Assembly (NCBI GenBank): GCA_951406725.2
Contig: OX597836.1
Location: forward strand, 32,054,001 to 32,118,000
Direction: 5' to 3'
DNA length: 64,000 nt
Source of the DNA: Octopus vulgaris
Lineage: Eukaryota
Shown here piece after piece: positions 1-12,581 of this stretch. The number at the start of each line of letters is the position of its first letter. Positions within the stretch are counted from its first letter, which is position 1. Made by a program: the position numbers and the translations under genes. Under the pieces are notes generated by a model. That model did no database searches. It was not told the origin of the DNA and was given only the letters and a program-made list of their open reading frames with translations.

Positions 1-182
1 GCAGTTCTATTTTTTAAAACATTTTTGCTGACAGTATCCCAAAAGTCATTAGGACCAGTTCTTCTCTAAATAATTACTTAAAGCATATAATTCTGTGCAG
101 AAACATTATGTTTATAAACCTAATTTTATAGAATATATTCAGAACCACTTTCATATTTACAAAAACTACTGATTTCATACGA

Positions 183-1235
183 TACTGTATTTTCCATGAC
201 ATACAAGTCAAGTTAATATATAGTGTAAAACATGTAGATTCAAATATCATCTCAATCTTTCCAAATCCAGCAGAATTTCACATGAAATTTTTGGTCCTTT
301 AAAGTTGTCTTGGTATGTAAGTCAATCTACTTTTTGGCAGTAAATTTTGGTTTTAAAAAATATCAGGGTGTATGCCAGAAAATACAGAATATGATAATAG
401 GATGTGGGAAATAATTGTGACCATCCATACTGTGTTTTCTGATAAACAAGTCAGTGTTGTATACAGAATAAACATGTAGTGTAAACATTCCAAATCATGA
501 AGCATTTCACATGGAATTTTTGATCCTTCAAAGTCATCTTGGTGTAAGCCTACCTTTTTTTGGCTGCAAAATTTGATCTGCAAAATTCATCTGGTATGCT
601 GGAAAAATATACTATGTACGTAAGACAGAAGTGTATGATTTGAAAAAGACTTAGCTGCTATTTCTAATAGATCTAGTAACAGTGTAGAAGTTTCCTTTCC
701 TAGCTCATGCATACATACAGTATTTTCCAGCATACAAGTCAACATAGTGTAAACATGTAGCATAAACATTCAAACACCATCACTGTCTTTCTAAATCCTT
801 TTGCATTTCACATGGAAGTTTTATTTCTCAAAAGCCATCCAGGTGTATATATAAGTCGACCTACCTTTTTGGGGCTATACATCTTGTACTGAAAAATTCA
901 ACTTCTGAGCTAGAAAATATGGTATGTCCATATATAAGACAGAAGTGTGCATTTTGAAAGAGATTTAGCAGTATTTTAAAATGGACGAGTGTCTGTAGCC
1001 GTTTTACTTGTTCGCTCTTAAATACATAATATATTTTCCAGCATGAAATTTGATGTAGTATATAGTGTTAAATTGTAGTGTACATATACAAATATCATCA
1101 CTATCTTTTCAAATTCTGCTGCATTTCACATGGAATTTTTGGTCCTCCAAACTCGTCTTGGTGTAAAAGTTGATTACTTTATTTGACTGTAAATTTTGGT
1201 CTGAAAAATTCAACTTGTATGCCAGAAAATATGAA
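183..1235. mobile_element. Four tandem, decayed copies of a ~200-bp pogo/Tc2-like MITE (related copy at ~40333-40528)
   Basis: Repeating unit TAC(T/A)GTATTTT(T)CC...ATTTCACATG(G/A)AATTTTT...GAAAATA(C/T)(G/A)GTA with inverted ends at ~183, 428, 714 and 1030; spacers at ~623-690 and ~937-1000 are also homologous. Confidence 0.6.
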
Positions 1236-1282
1236 AATTTAGGGGTAATACTTTTGTGATTGGTGTCTATGCTCAATATTTG

Positions 1283-1579
1283 TTCCTTCTTGAGCCATCC
1301 CTGGTTCATAAGGGCCGATTTCCCAGTTTCCTTGGCGTATAGGTTCCCCACCTGGACGGGATGCCGGTCCGTTGTAGGTAAGCTGCAAGATGCAGGAGGA
1401 AAGCATGAGAGAAAGTTGTGGTGAAAGAGTCAGCAGAAATTCACCATTACTTTTTGCCAGAGCTGCGTGGTGCTTAGGTGTTCCGCTCATAAACACACAC
1501 ATCGTCTGGTCTGAGATTCGAACCCATGTTCCCTCGATTGCGAGTCTGCTACTCTAACCACTAGGCCATGCGCCTCCAC
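1283..1579 (-). mobile_element. tRNA-headed SINE (family C)
   Basis: Minus-strand head GTGGAGGCGCATGGCCTAGTGGTTAGAG...GGGTTCGAATC (A/B boxes); homologous to the + copy at 34198-34510. Confidence 0.8.
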
Positions 1580-1589
1580 ACAAAATAAT

Positions 1590-1840
1590 AAATGCACCCT
1601 TTTAAAGCCTAGTCAGGCTCATGGGCCCAGTTTCCTGGTTTCAATGGTGTATGTGTTCCCCAGCTGAATGGCACACCAATCCATCGCAGCATTACTCATT
1701 TTTGCCAGCTGAGTGGACTGGAGCAACGCAAAATGAAGTGTTTTGCTCAAGAACACAACACATCGCCCGGTCCAGGAATTGAAACCACAATCTTATGATC
1801 ATGATGCTGACACCCTAACCACTAAGCAATACACCTCCAC
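1590..1840 (-). mobile_element. tRNA-headed SINE with V-domain-like segment
   Basis: Head GTGGAGGTGTATTGCTTAGTGGTTAGG...GGTTTCAATTCC; central CTGCGATGGATTGG resembles the V-SINE core; 3' end related to family C. Confidence 0.65.
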
Positions 1841-2259
1841 ATGCTCAATATTCTCTTCATAGACATGGTTTTCAATGCCACATTATTACAGCAGAGGATT
1901 CAATATTTACAATGAAAAATATATCAATCAGCAATAAAAAAAACCAATACAGCAAAATTTAATGAAATGTCATCCTAGCGCATTATGCCATGACCAAATG
2001 CCTTCTTCCATAGCCTTGCTGCAAATAAAGCTTTGTGAAGGAAATTTCTTGGAGAAATGGTACAAAAGCTAGTCATATGGATGCATTCTCACAGACACAC
2101 ACATACACACACACATGGACACACATGCACACGTATGTGCACACACACTTGTATATGCATTCACACACATGTATACACGCATACACACATGCACATACAT
2201 CATATACACACATGTGCATGCACTCATGCACACATGCACGCATACACACATACATACAT

Positions 2260-2640
2260 AAAGAATACTGGTGGAATATTTCAATAAAACAGGAACCCAA
2301 TGTAAGTATAACAGGCCAGATTGGATTTGCATGTTAGAGGGAACTAAAGCTGTGTATCGTTGCGATGATCAGCTGCTCAATAGATTTGAATGTCCTTTGA
2401 AAAACTGGAGCAAAAAAAACATCTATTGATCATTGATAAGGAACCTACAACTCTTTTAAACCAAGCTACAGGTTTTTATTTGTTCCTTTAATCATAGATG
2501 CCCTGGGTTACATAACTGATATGCAGAGAGATCTGGAAACACTTGGGTTATCCAAAAAATAGAATAGACTGACTCACATTCTTCAAATACAATTGATCAG
2601 AAAAACAATAAAAATTCATAAAATTTCTCAAAGCTTCTCC
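2260..2640 (+). pseudogene. R4/Dong-type non-LTR retrotransposon, restriction-like endonuclease remnant
   Basis: Frameshifted translation KEYWWNISIK..CKYNRPD...NIY*SLIRNLQL..YRFLFVPLIIDALGYIT matches the RLE motifs (RPD, PIIVGALG). Confidence 0.7.
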
Positions 2641-3304
2641 TTTTGAGGTACTTGGGTGAATACATGCACATAGTCACGTACACATATTCAATATCTATTC
2701 ATGCATACACATGATCGCTAATGAAACATATGCACTTACTAGTGTTGTCTTGTGACACGCACACCAACGAGTGCAAGTTTATCCATATGCACACAACTTG
2801 CATGCCTTTATGTATACAAAAACCAATTCAGGTGACTACAAACTCCAATAGCTGTCGTCACTTAAGCCAAAGCCTTGCTATTCTGTTGGTGGCTTGTTTG
2901 AATTCTGCAGTGAAAAGCACTTAAAATAAATCCCAAAGATTTATAATGTGTGTGCACACGTGTGCATATGTGTGTGTATGTGTGTGTTTATGTGTATCTA
3001 TATATATATAATTATGTGTGCATATGTGTATATATACATATATATACATGTGTATGTGTGTTTGTAGAGAGAGAGGAATACACACATACATACAAACTTA
3101 CATAAATATGCATGTATATATATGTACATTAACCTAAATCAGGCATGACCTCCCAGCAAATATGGAGACCTCTCCCACTAATATGCTGCCTAGCAATCAA
3201 GCTGGTTGCCCTGCTGCTGCCATACCAGCATGTACCTAAGCTGACTGTCAACATGCTGTCAATAAATTTAGCAACAAATATTGAAAACTATTCTCAATAA
3301 AATA

Positions 3305-3527
3305 TTGGGTTGTCCGAAAGTTCGTGCCGATTTATAGTAGCTTACCTTTCGACTTACCCTGCCAGGCACCTCACTTCTGGGAAGAGGGTATTTTCTAGTT
3401 AAAGGAAAGATGGAGATGCATTGTGCAACAAAATGTTTAATTTATTATTGATTAAAAAATAATAGCAAATATTTATTGACCGTGTTCTTTCCTTCAAAAA
3501 TCGGCATGAACTTTCCGGACAACCCAA
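3305..3527. mobile_element. Mariner-derived MITE
   Basis: TIRs TTGGGTTGTCCG(G)AAAGTTC(G/A)TGCCGATTT flanked by TA; interior keeps the transposase C-terminus (EEGIF*LKERWRCIVQQN..IID*). Confidence 0.85.
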
Positions 3528-3941
3528 TATTTCAAGAGAAGATCATTTTGTTTTTAAAACTCTTCCTTGAAAAATAAAAAAGCACTTTAATAATGTAAAT
3601 GAAAGTAGAAATGAGCTGGGTCCAATGGTGATTAACGAAATCAGTGGAGAATATTCACAACGATGGAATGATTATCTTGTCTTGGCAAATTAATGCTTGT
3701 TTATGTGTCCTTTCGATGATTGCATACGCCCACCTTAGAGATACAGAAGAATTAAACAAAGGCAAAGCAATACAAAGAATGCCATTATGGCATTTTGAAA
3801 ATGGGAATGAGCATCATCAATCTTCAGAAACCTATCAGTTGTGTCATATTGATTATCACATTCAAACTGAGAGATAAATAAACTCCCTGTTGACAAAGTG
3901 TGAAAAATAGAACAGAATAATGTTTGGAAATATTAACAAGA

Positions 3942-4110
3942 GGCACAGGAGTGGCTGTGTGGTAAGTAGCTTGCTTACCAACCATATTGTTCCAGGTTCA
4001 GTCCCACTGTGTGCCACTTTGCGCAAGTGTCTTCTACTATAGCCTCGGACCGACCAAAGCCTTGTTAGTGGATTTGTTAGACGGAAGCTGAAAGAAGCCC
4101 GTCGTATATA

Positions 4111-4161
<51 letters not shown>

Positions 4162-4366
4162 TTGTGTGTCTGTGTTTGTCCCCTTCAGTATCGCTTGACA
4201 ACCGATGCTGGTGTGTTTACATCCCCATAACTTAGCAGTTTGGCAAAAGAGACTGATAGAATAAGTACTAGGCTTACAAAGAATAAGTCCTGGGGTCGAT
4301 TTGCTCGACTAAAGTCAGTGCTCCAGCATGGCTGCAGTCAAATGACTGAAACAAGTAAACGAGTAA
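3942..4366 (+). mobile_element. SINE family A, full length
   Basis: tRNA-like head (TGGCTGTGTGG, GGTTCAGTCC), internal (TA)n(TG)n, tail CAGCATGG..CAGTCAAATGACTGAAACAAGTAAA; about 20 copies in the window. Confidence 0.9.
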
Positions 4367-4469
4367 GGGAACACGTATATACACATTGTCTGAAAAGAGA
4401 AGGTGTCCTCTGAAGAAGAAAAGGCAACAGGTGTCAGCATACCTAGGTCTGAATCTTTCAGAATGCATT

Positions 4470-4682
4470 ACTTTCAAATTTTGGCACAAGGCCAGCAATT
4501 TTGTGGAAGGAGGTAAGTCGACGACATCGACCCCATTGCTCATCTGGTACTTATTTTATCAGCTGTGAAAGGATGAAATGCAAAGTCAACCTTGACGACA
4601 TTGAAATCAGGACATAAAGATGGATGAAATGCTGCTAAGATTTTTGCCTGGTATACTAACGATTGTGTTAGCTCACTGCCTT
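4470..4682 (-). mobile_element. SINE family B (Deu/Nin-like domain)
   Basis: Reverse complement of the family with GAGCTGGCAGAA...GAGTTCAAATTCC...GCCTTTCATCCTTTCGGGGTCGATAAA..AGTACC. Confidence 0.75.
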
Positions 4683-5109
4683 AATCTGCCAGAACATGTT
4701 AAGAATGAACACATACATTATTGTTTTGGCTGTTTCTGTTCTTTGAGCACATAATAAATTATTATCAGTTTGTCAGAACTGAGCACACATCAAAGAATAT
4801 GGTTATTTGGTTGCTGAATCCTATAAAGAAGAGCCATCAATCTTGCTTAGATTCACTGATCTGGGAATAGCTTTGACTGAAGAGGCACAACCAGGAGGAA
4901 ACACTGTGTTGTTTCAAAGTTCCCTTACATCCATGAATCAAGTGTGTTATGAATACATCATCTGAAAGGAGAATAACTTCTCCATTAATATAACTCTCTT
5001 TCCTCTTTACTCTTTTACTCTTTTACTTGTTTCAATCATTTGACTGCAGCTATGCTGGAGCACCACCTTTAGACGAGCAAATCGACCCTAGGAGCTACAA
5101 CCACTTTCT

Positions 5110-5345
5110 TTTGACATAGAGTATATAATTACATTCATTTATTTAAGAACCTACATAAACAATATACTAGGTCACTGGCTGAATTAGTATGGGATTTCAG
5201 AAAGAGAAAATAGACAATGAAATATCTAGGTCCATGCTTAAAATGGCATTTCCACTCAAGGATGGTGGAAGCAAATGTAATCTATGTTCATTAGAAGCAT
5301 TAAAGATGTTGAGGCATAAAAATAGTCTAATAAAAACATGTAATA
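5110..5345 (+). pseudogene. Penelope-like element GIY-YIG endonuclease C-terminal remnant
   Basis: Frameshifted translation ..YTRSLAELVWDFR/KEKIDNEISRSMLKMAFPLKDGGSKCNLCSLEALKML is colinear with the EN at 14569-14966. Confidence 0.55.
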
Positions 5346-6179
5346 TATAATTAATTACATGCTGACAAGTATAATAGAGCTTTTGGATCAATTTCAATAA
5401 CCTAGTAAATTTTTTAAGAGGATATGCTTTCGTCCTTATTTCATCTGCCCCATTTCCTAACCTCAGAAATAATTAATTATTAATTATTAATCCTTCATTA
5501 GCCTTAATTAACTCTTGTTTCACATAATCATCATTCATAATTTTTATTGTAAAATTTAATACTATTTCAATTATTATCATTATTGATCTATAATTTTAAA
5601 ACTTGTTTAATTCCATTAATATTTCAATTCATATATTTTTTATTTTGCTTTTAATCATTTTGTTAATTATTTTGTTTTTCATATTCTCCAAATATTTCTA
5701 TTTTGATTTTTCTTTCACTTTACTTTGATTTTATAAGTTTTCAAATTTTTAGTTTATAAGTTTCTAGATTTAAAGTTTTCAACTCATTTAAATATCTTAA
5801 ATTCTATAAAAACAGATTTTATATTTTAAATTTTGATTATATTAAATTTTGAGTTGAACTTTTTAAATCTTTTAATTTTTATTTATTTATTTATCTTCAA
5901 CCATTTGATCAGTTACATTTTACCTTTACAATATTAAACTTGTTAATTCTTTTAATCACTGAGGTTCTATATCTCTGCATGCATTTCCTAATTCCTAACT
6001 CACAATTCTTTCAATTTATTTCTATTTTTCTCAACTTTATTCTTTTATATAAATTTATTCCATAAATTTCATTTACAATGCTTAATTCAGGATTTCCCTT
6101 ATCTTTCTGATTTGCAGTTCATTGCAGTATTATTTCTTTATCTTTTCTCTACCTTTATTCATAAAGAAAGTTTCAACTT

Positions 6180-6325
6180 ATTATTATTATTGATGTTGTT
6201 GTTCTATGTTTCGCTTTTGCTTTACATTTGTACAACTTGGCACCAAGTCTTACACAGAGACCTCAAAAGACAAGTTGGAAGTTCATGTTGGGGTTCTTCT
6301 TCTTCTTCTTCTTCTTCTTCTTCTT

Positions 6326-6418
<93 letters not shown>

Positions 6419-6653
6419 TTCAGTAGCATCTTCTGTTTCAATTCTGTTTCCATTTCTTGCCGAATGTCTTCCTGACACCTAGGGCAGAGAAATGTACTGT
6501 ATACATTGGTAGGCCATTGAAACAAACACACCAGATTGTTCATTTACAGAGTCATGTGATAAAGAAAAAGGGGAAGACAGAGAGAAAAAGGGAAAAATAG
6601 AAAAATAGAAATATAAACAAATAAAATAAAGGGGGGAAAAGAAAGAAGAAAAT

Positions 6654-6741
<88 letters not shown>

Positions 6742-7170
6742 TATTCTGATGATCAATATGATGATGATGATGATGAAAAGATATGTTTCTTCTTGATAAC
6801 TGCTGCGTTTGCACATTATCCATTAAGTACCACCTAGATACCTGAGGTACATAATGGATATGAGTCTTTTAATGCATTTGGTGATCGTACGATGTTGAGA
6901 AGTGTTAGGACTGGATGAAAATGAATGAACCAAATCTAAAATTATAAATAAAAATATATCCAAAATTGTGCATATGAGTGCCCAATAAAAAAAATTCTAA
7001 AGATCTATGAAATTTTATGGCGATACTGCTCTATATAAAATGTGTGCTGTGACCATTAAGGCATAATTTTTTGTATGTCCTTTAAGAATGGTTTTCCTGG
7101 TATCATATCTATGAATTTCTCAGTTCCTTTCTTTATTATCTCAAGTATTCCTATGATAACAACCAGTTAT
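6180..7170 (-). mobile_element. Cluster of R4/Dong-like 3' ends stacked in (TTA)n/(TCT)n/(TCA)n arrays
   Basis: 6200-6295 is the reverse complement of the 3' UTR at 59780-59865; ~7070-7165 translates VIIGILEIIKKGTEKFIDMIPGKPFLKDIQK; trinucleotide arrays at 6296-6418 and 6656-6742. Confidence 0.6.
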
Positions 7171-7263
7171 CATGGCATATTTTGGCAATCTCCATGCCTA
7201 CATCTTGGCATATTTGCATGGCATATATGCCAATCTCCATGCCTACATATATATGTATATATA

Positions 7264-7640
7264 TCATCATCATCATCATCATCATCGTTTAACGTCCGTT
7301 TTCCATGCTAGCATGGGTTAGATGGTTTGACCGGGGTCTGGGAAGCCAGGAGACTGCGCCAGGCTTCAGTCTGATCTGGCAATGTTTCTTCAGCTTGATG
7401 CCCTTCCTAATGCCAACCACTCTGTGAGTGTAGCAGGTGCTTTTTACGTGCCACCAGCACAGGGGCCAGGGGAGGCTGGCAAACAGCCACGATCGGTTGG
7501 TGCTTTTTACGTATCACCGACACAGACGCCAGTCAGGCGGCGCTGGCATCAGCCATGTTCGGATGGTGCTTTTCACGTGCCACCGGCATGGGTATCTTAA
7601 CTATGATTTCCATTTGATTTTTATTTTAATGTTGGTGTTG
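7264..7640 (-). mobile_element. RTE-type LINE 3' end with (GAT)n tail
   Basis: (CAT)n CGTTTAACGTCCG..CCATGCTAGCATGGG; same sequence at 8060, 12582, 27380, 47680 and 51017. Confidence 0.75.
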
Positions 7641-7674
7641 ACACACTTATATGTATATATATATATTTATATAT

Positions 7675-7879
7675 ATTAAAGAATGTAGCTGAGTAAAGCT
7701 GGAATAATGTGAAAAGGTAAGAAAATAAACTAAAAAATGAAATGAAAAGAAAACAAAGTTACAGTTTTACCAAGGTAAAATTGTAACTTTGTTCAACTTA
7801 GTTCTGCTATCTTTTCATTTTGTAGTTTATTTTCTACCTTACCACACTGTTCCAGTTTCACACAACTCCATTCTTTAAT
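7675..7879. repeat. Old imperfect palindrome
   Basis: Centre ACAAAGTTACAGTTTTACC-AA-GGTAAAATTGTAACTTTGT; outer arms ATTAAAGAATG...CATTCTTTAAT. Confidence 0.65.
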
Positions 7880-8248
7880 GTTGTACCTCACAATGCTACA
7901 CAAAAACTACTGCATATTAATATATTGTTTTGACTCTTCATCCTAGCAATAATGGTGCTAGTAAGTACCCTCTGTCACTTTTGAGACCACTATTAATTTT
8001 GCAATTAAGTTCAAATTGTTAATAAGCCACCCATTTAATTTGTTGTATATGTATATATATCATTATCATCATCATCATCATCGTTTAACGTCCGTTCTCC
8101 ATGCTAGCATGGGTTGGACGGCTCGACCGGGGATCTGGGAAGCCAGAAGGCTGCACCAGGCTCCGGTCTTATCTGGCAATGTTTCTACAGCTGGATGCCC
8201 TTCCTAACGCCAACCACTCCGTGAGTGTAGTGGGTGCTTTTTATGTGC

Positions 8249-8280
<32 letters not shown>

Positions 8281-9269
8281 CTTGGAAAAGGATGTGTGCT
8301 GTTCAATCATATACTACGAACATATGAAAGTGCTAATTGAACTTTATGAACATTACTAATTACCTTTTTTAATGTTTAATACACTTCAACATTGTAAAAA
8401 TATTTTCTTATCAAATACAGCAATAAAAACGAGACCACATTGTAACTTTATTCCCTGACTTTGAATCAACATCAATTTTCAAATGGTGTTGAGTCTAATA
8501 GTACCTGAGTGAAAAGGTTGCATGCAAGGAAGGTAAGTCTATGGAAAAATTCTTTTAGAAATGCTGCCTGTCTGATGATGAGCCATGTTTCATAATATTA
8601 TGAACTTATTGAATACAATGTTCAGGTGGCTCACTTCTTCAGAAAGGTAACCTCTGCTGGCTCTATTCTTTAAACTTAATATTTTTTCAAGTGAAAAAGT
8701 ATTTTGTTTAAATCTTTTATTTTTGTTTTTTGTTCTTCTGCAATCTTTAATTTCTTTAATTTCAAGAATATAATTGTTTAATTACAAATTCTGAATGGCA
8801 ATTTGTTGGATCTATATTAAGTGTTGGAACAAGATGATCACAGTCTGCATAAGGAAATCCATAATAATCTCTCTATTAAACTTTTCTCCTTCTTGATATG
8901 TGACTCTGATTAATTAATGAATTTAATTAATTAATTAATTAATTAATTAATTAATTAATTAGTTAATTTATTGATTAATTAATGCCTTTCTGAATATTGA
9001 ATATTTATTTATGAGTTGTGTTTTTAACGTATTCGCATGAAATTCTTTATCTTTTATCTTTTAATTGTTTCAGTCATTAGACCGGCCATGCTGCAGCACC
9101 ACCTTGAGGAACTATTAGTGAAATGAATTGACCTCAGTACTTTTTTACAGCCTAGTACAGAGTCTATTGATCTCTTGTTATGGGACATTAACACAACAGC
9201 ACCAGTTGTCACATAGTACTCGTGGGTTACAAACACAGTCACTGACATATAATATATATATATATACAT

Positions 9270-9303
<34 letters not shown>

Positions 9304-9340
9304 CCCTGTCTTCTCTTCTCGGGATCTTTCCTTCTCCTAT

Positions 9341-9375
9341 GTTTCCGACGAAGAGCTCCGCTCGAAACGTCAAAC
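9341..9375 (+). ncRNA. Minimal type I hammerhead motif (U4C variant) in a PLE-like cassette at 9304-9480
   Basis: GTTT-CCGACGA-A-GAGC tcc GCTC-GAAA-CG-TC-AAAC: stems I and II and the palindromic ACGT stem III are intact; core position 4 deviates. Confidence 0.65.
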
Positions 9376-9572
9376 CCTCCTTCTTCCCTTCTTTCCTGAG
9401 CGTCCAATAATACTTTATTTGTTCCATGTCCTTGCGTTGTTGTTTTTTTGTTTTTGTTTTCTTGTTTGGATTAACTTTATATATATATGCTTTGCGCAGA
9501 AGCGGTACCATAGCCAATGAGGGTTATCCGAGGCGTGGTTATTGCTAGTTGAAAACTATATATGTATATATC

Positions 9573-9740
9573 GCAAATGAAAGATGGAAGATGGAATATA
9601 CGAGAATTTATTATTAATCATGACAATTGTTTTGACACATCTAGCATCGATTCCTCTTGGGTGCAACACTCAACAAGAAGAAACAATGCTAGATGTGTCG
9701 AAACAATTCTCATATATTCCATCTTCTGTCTTTCATTTGC
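9573..9740. repeat. Fold-back (inverted-repeat) cassette between TA tracts
   Basis: GCAAATGAAAGA..GAAGATGGAATATA pairs with TATATTCCATCTTC..TCTTTCATTTGC; inner arms GACACATCTAGCAT / ATGCTAGATGTGTC. Confidence 0.75.
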
Positions 9741-9757
9741 CATATACCTTACGATCA

Positions 9758-9871
<114 letters not shown>

Positions 9872-9876
9872 GACTG

Positions 9877-9912
<36 letters not shown>

Positions 9913-10057
9913 TGCAGGCATGGCTGTGTAGTAAGAGGCTTGCTTCCCAGCCACATGGTTCCAGGTTCTGTCTCACTGTGTGGCACCTTGGGCAAGTATC
10001 TTCTACCATAGTTCAGGCTGACCAAAAGCCTTGTGAGTGGATTTGGTAGGCAGAAAT

Positions 10058-10131
<74 letters not shown>

Positions 10132-10143
10132 CATATTGTTGCT

Positions 10144-10223
<80 letters not shown>

Positions 10224-10602
10224 TAAACTTCTTTCAGTTTCTATCTACTAAAGCCTCTCACAAGGCTTTGGTTGGATCAAGACCTTAGTAGAAAATACTT
10301 GCCCAAGATGCAGTGCAGTGAGATTGAACCTGTAACCATGTGGTTGGGAAGCAAGCTTTTTTACCACATAGCCACACCTGCACATAATATTGAATTTTAA
10401 AACAAATATAGAAGCGATCAGTTTCCATATTTTATTCGTCTCATCTACAACAAATTTTAATAAAGATTGATTTCGTCTGACATCATGTAGACCAGTGCTT
10501 CTCAAACTATCTGATGTGGTGTACCACCAGTTTTTTTTTCCACTGTGCCAGGGACCGGTAATATTTCTTAATAATATTAATTTATACCGGAAACAATATA
10601 TA

Positions 10603-11302
10603 TAATATAAGCGGGACCAGCCATCTGAATGTGGCTAGGGACAGGGCGGGGTGGTGGGGGTGTTACTGATGCATTTAGCCCCAGGCGACTATAGAGATCA
10701 CCAGGAGAGCCGACACCATCACGGTGTCCATGCTAGCCTGCAAAGGGAGATCAGCCTCCCCGAAGATACGAATGCTACACCGTGATGGTGTCGGCTCTCC
10801 TGGTGACGTCTATAGTCGCCTGGGGCTAAATGCATCAGTAACACCCCCACCACCCCGCCCTGTCCCTAGCCACATTCAGATGGCTGGTCCCGCTTATATT
10901 ACAGAGCAGTTACTGTTTATACCTCGCTTAGAGATTTATTATTGTTATCGAACAGATTTTCGACGCCAGTGACTGTGTTTACAGTGAAAATCTATATATT
11001 TCTAGCCTGTAGAGGAAGTCCCTCAACGAAGAACGGTGTTTGCCATGCGCTGACGAGAGGCAATACCTCGAAACCGGTCCGTGTGTAGCATTCGTATCTT
11101 CGGGGAGGCTGATCTCCCTTTGCAGGCTAGCAAGGACACCGTGATGGTGTCGGCTCTCCTGGTGACGTCTATAGTCGCCTGGGGCTAAATGCATCAGTAA
11201 CACCCCCACCACCCCGCCCTGTCCCTAGCCACATTCAGATGGCTGGTCCCGCTTATATTACAGAGCAGTTACTGTTTATACCTCGCTTAGAGATTTATTA
11301 TT
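10603..11302 (+). mobile_element. Retrozyme-like non-autonomous retroelement: 359-bp monomer in ~1.5 tandem copies plus an inverted 5' arm
   Basis: 10781-10943 is repeated at 11140-11302; 10603-10780 is the near-perfect reverse complement of 11083-11260; GC-rich, non-coding, with one intact HHR. Confidence 0.8.
11041..11090 (+). ncRNA. Type I hammerhead ribozyme with canonical core
   Basis: CATGCG-CTGACGA-GAGG caata CCTC-GAAA-CCGG-TC^CGTGTG; 6-bp proximal stem I then an internal loop; predicted cleavage after C11079. Confidence 0.88.
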
Positions 11303-11361
11303 AATATATATAATGAATATAATAAAAGTTGACAATTTTTTAAATCTTATATATTTATTTT

Positions 11362-11757
11362 GTGTGGTAAGTAGCTTGCTTTCGAACCACATACTTCCGG
11401 GTTCAGTCCCAATGTGTGGTACCTTGGGCAAGTGTCTTCTACTATAACCTTGGGCCAACCAAAGCCTTGTGAGTGGATTTGATAGATGGAAACTGAACAG
11501 AAGCCCATCATATATATGGATATATATATATATATATATATGTGTGTGTATATGTTTATGTGTCTGTGTTTGTCTCCCCAACATCGCTTGACAACCGATG
11601 CTGGTGTGTTTACATCCCCGTAACTTAGTAGTTCGGCAAAAAAGACTGATAGAATTAGTACTAGGCTTACAAAGAATAAGCACTGGGGTCGATTTGTTCG
11701 ACTAAAGGCGGTGATCCAGCATGGCCACAGTCACATGACTGAAACAAGTAAAAGAGT
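11362..11757 (+). mobile_element. SINE family A
   Basis: Colinear with the 3942-4366 copy, slightly 5'-truncated. Confidence 0.9.
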
Positions 11758-12581
11758 ATATAATACAATATCACTTAAGCATTTTATAAGCATTTTATAA
11801 TGTTTCTTTCTTTTCTGGAAACTCACCATTTACCGGTAGCTGACAGTTCACGGACCGGCACCAGTCCACGGACCACTACTTTTAGTAGCCCTGATATAGA
11901 GCATTGAAATAATACACACACTTAAATGAGCAAGATAACATTTTGAGGTTAATCTGACATTTATTTTGTTCCATAACAACATGAGATAACATTATCAACT
12001 GGTAATTATTTATTTACCAAATTCATGAACCCAACCACAGTGTGGTTCGTTATCCTAATATATCAACATCTAAGCATTCACTCCACTTATCTTTTGTATT
12101 CACATTGTTTTACCTTCTTGGCTTGCTCCTTCTTTCATTGTTTTAATGCTTAGGAATCTTTTATTTGTTTTGGTCATTGGACTGTGGCCATGCTGGGGCA
12201 AAGTCCTTGAGAAATTGTAGTCGAACAAATCTACCCTGGGACATGCTTTTTTAAGCCAGTTACTTATTGCTGAAGTGCCAGGCTACGGGAACGTAAACAC
12301 ACCAACACCAGTTGTCACGCACACACACACACATATAGGCCAACAAACGTTAAGGAAAGGCAAAGATCTCAAGTCTTGCCATGCCTTAATGATTGTTATC
12401 CTCTTTAAACAATTATATATCAACTATATCTGAACTCTGCAATGGCTCCATAACTACTATCTCAGCTATAACCTTGGAACACTAGTAATCTGTTACAGCA
12501 CTTAAGCTAGCGTACCTAATCAGTTAGATCACCTGTGAATTAAACCCCCATATTTTATACATACATATATATGTATATATA

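Larger units (their letters stand above)
10493..11893. mobile_element. hAT (Charlie-like) non-autonomous element hosting nested insertions
   Basis: Left end CAGTGCTTCTCAAA, right end TTTAGTAGCCCTG; near-identical 8-bp flanks ATGTAGAC / ATATAGAG of the NTNTAGAN type. Confidence 0.65.

Noticed and set aside
8480-8650. Splice-like signals (AAG/GTAAGT; TTCAG..AAAG/GTAACC) suggesting host micro-exons
   Set aside because: No recognisable coding context, and such motifs are frequent by chance
12488-12526. Minus-strand CTGATTA-GGTAC..GTGCT-GTAA HHR-like string
   Set aside because: Two core substitutions and a poor stem I
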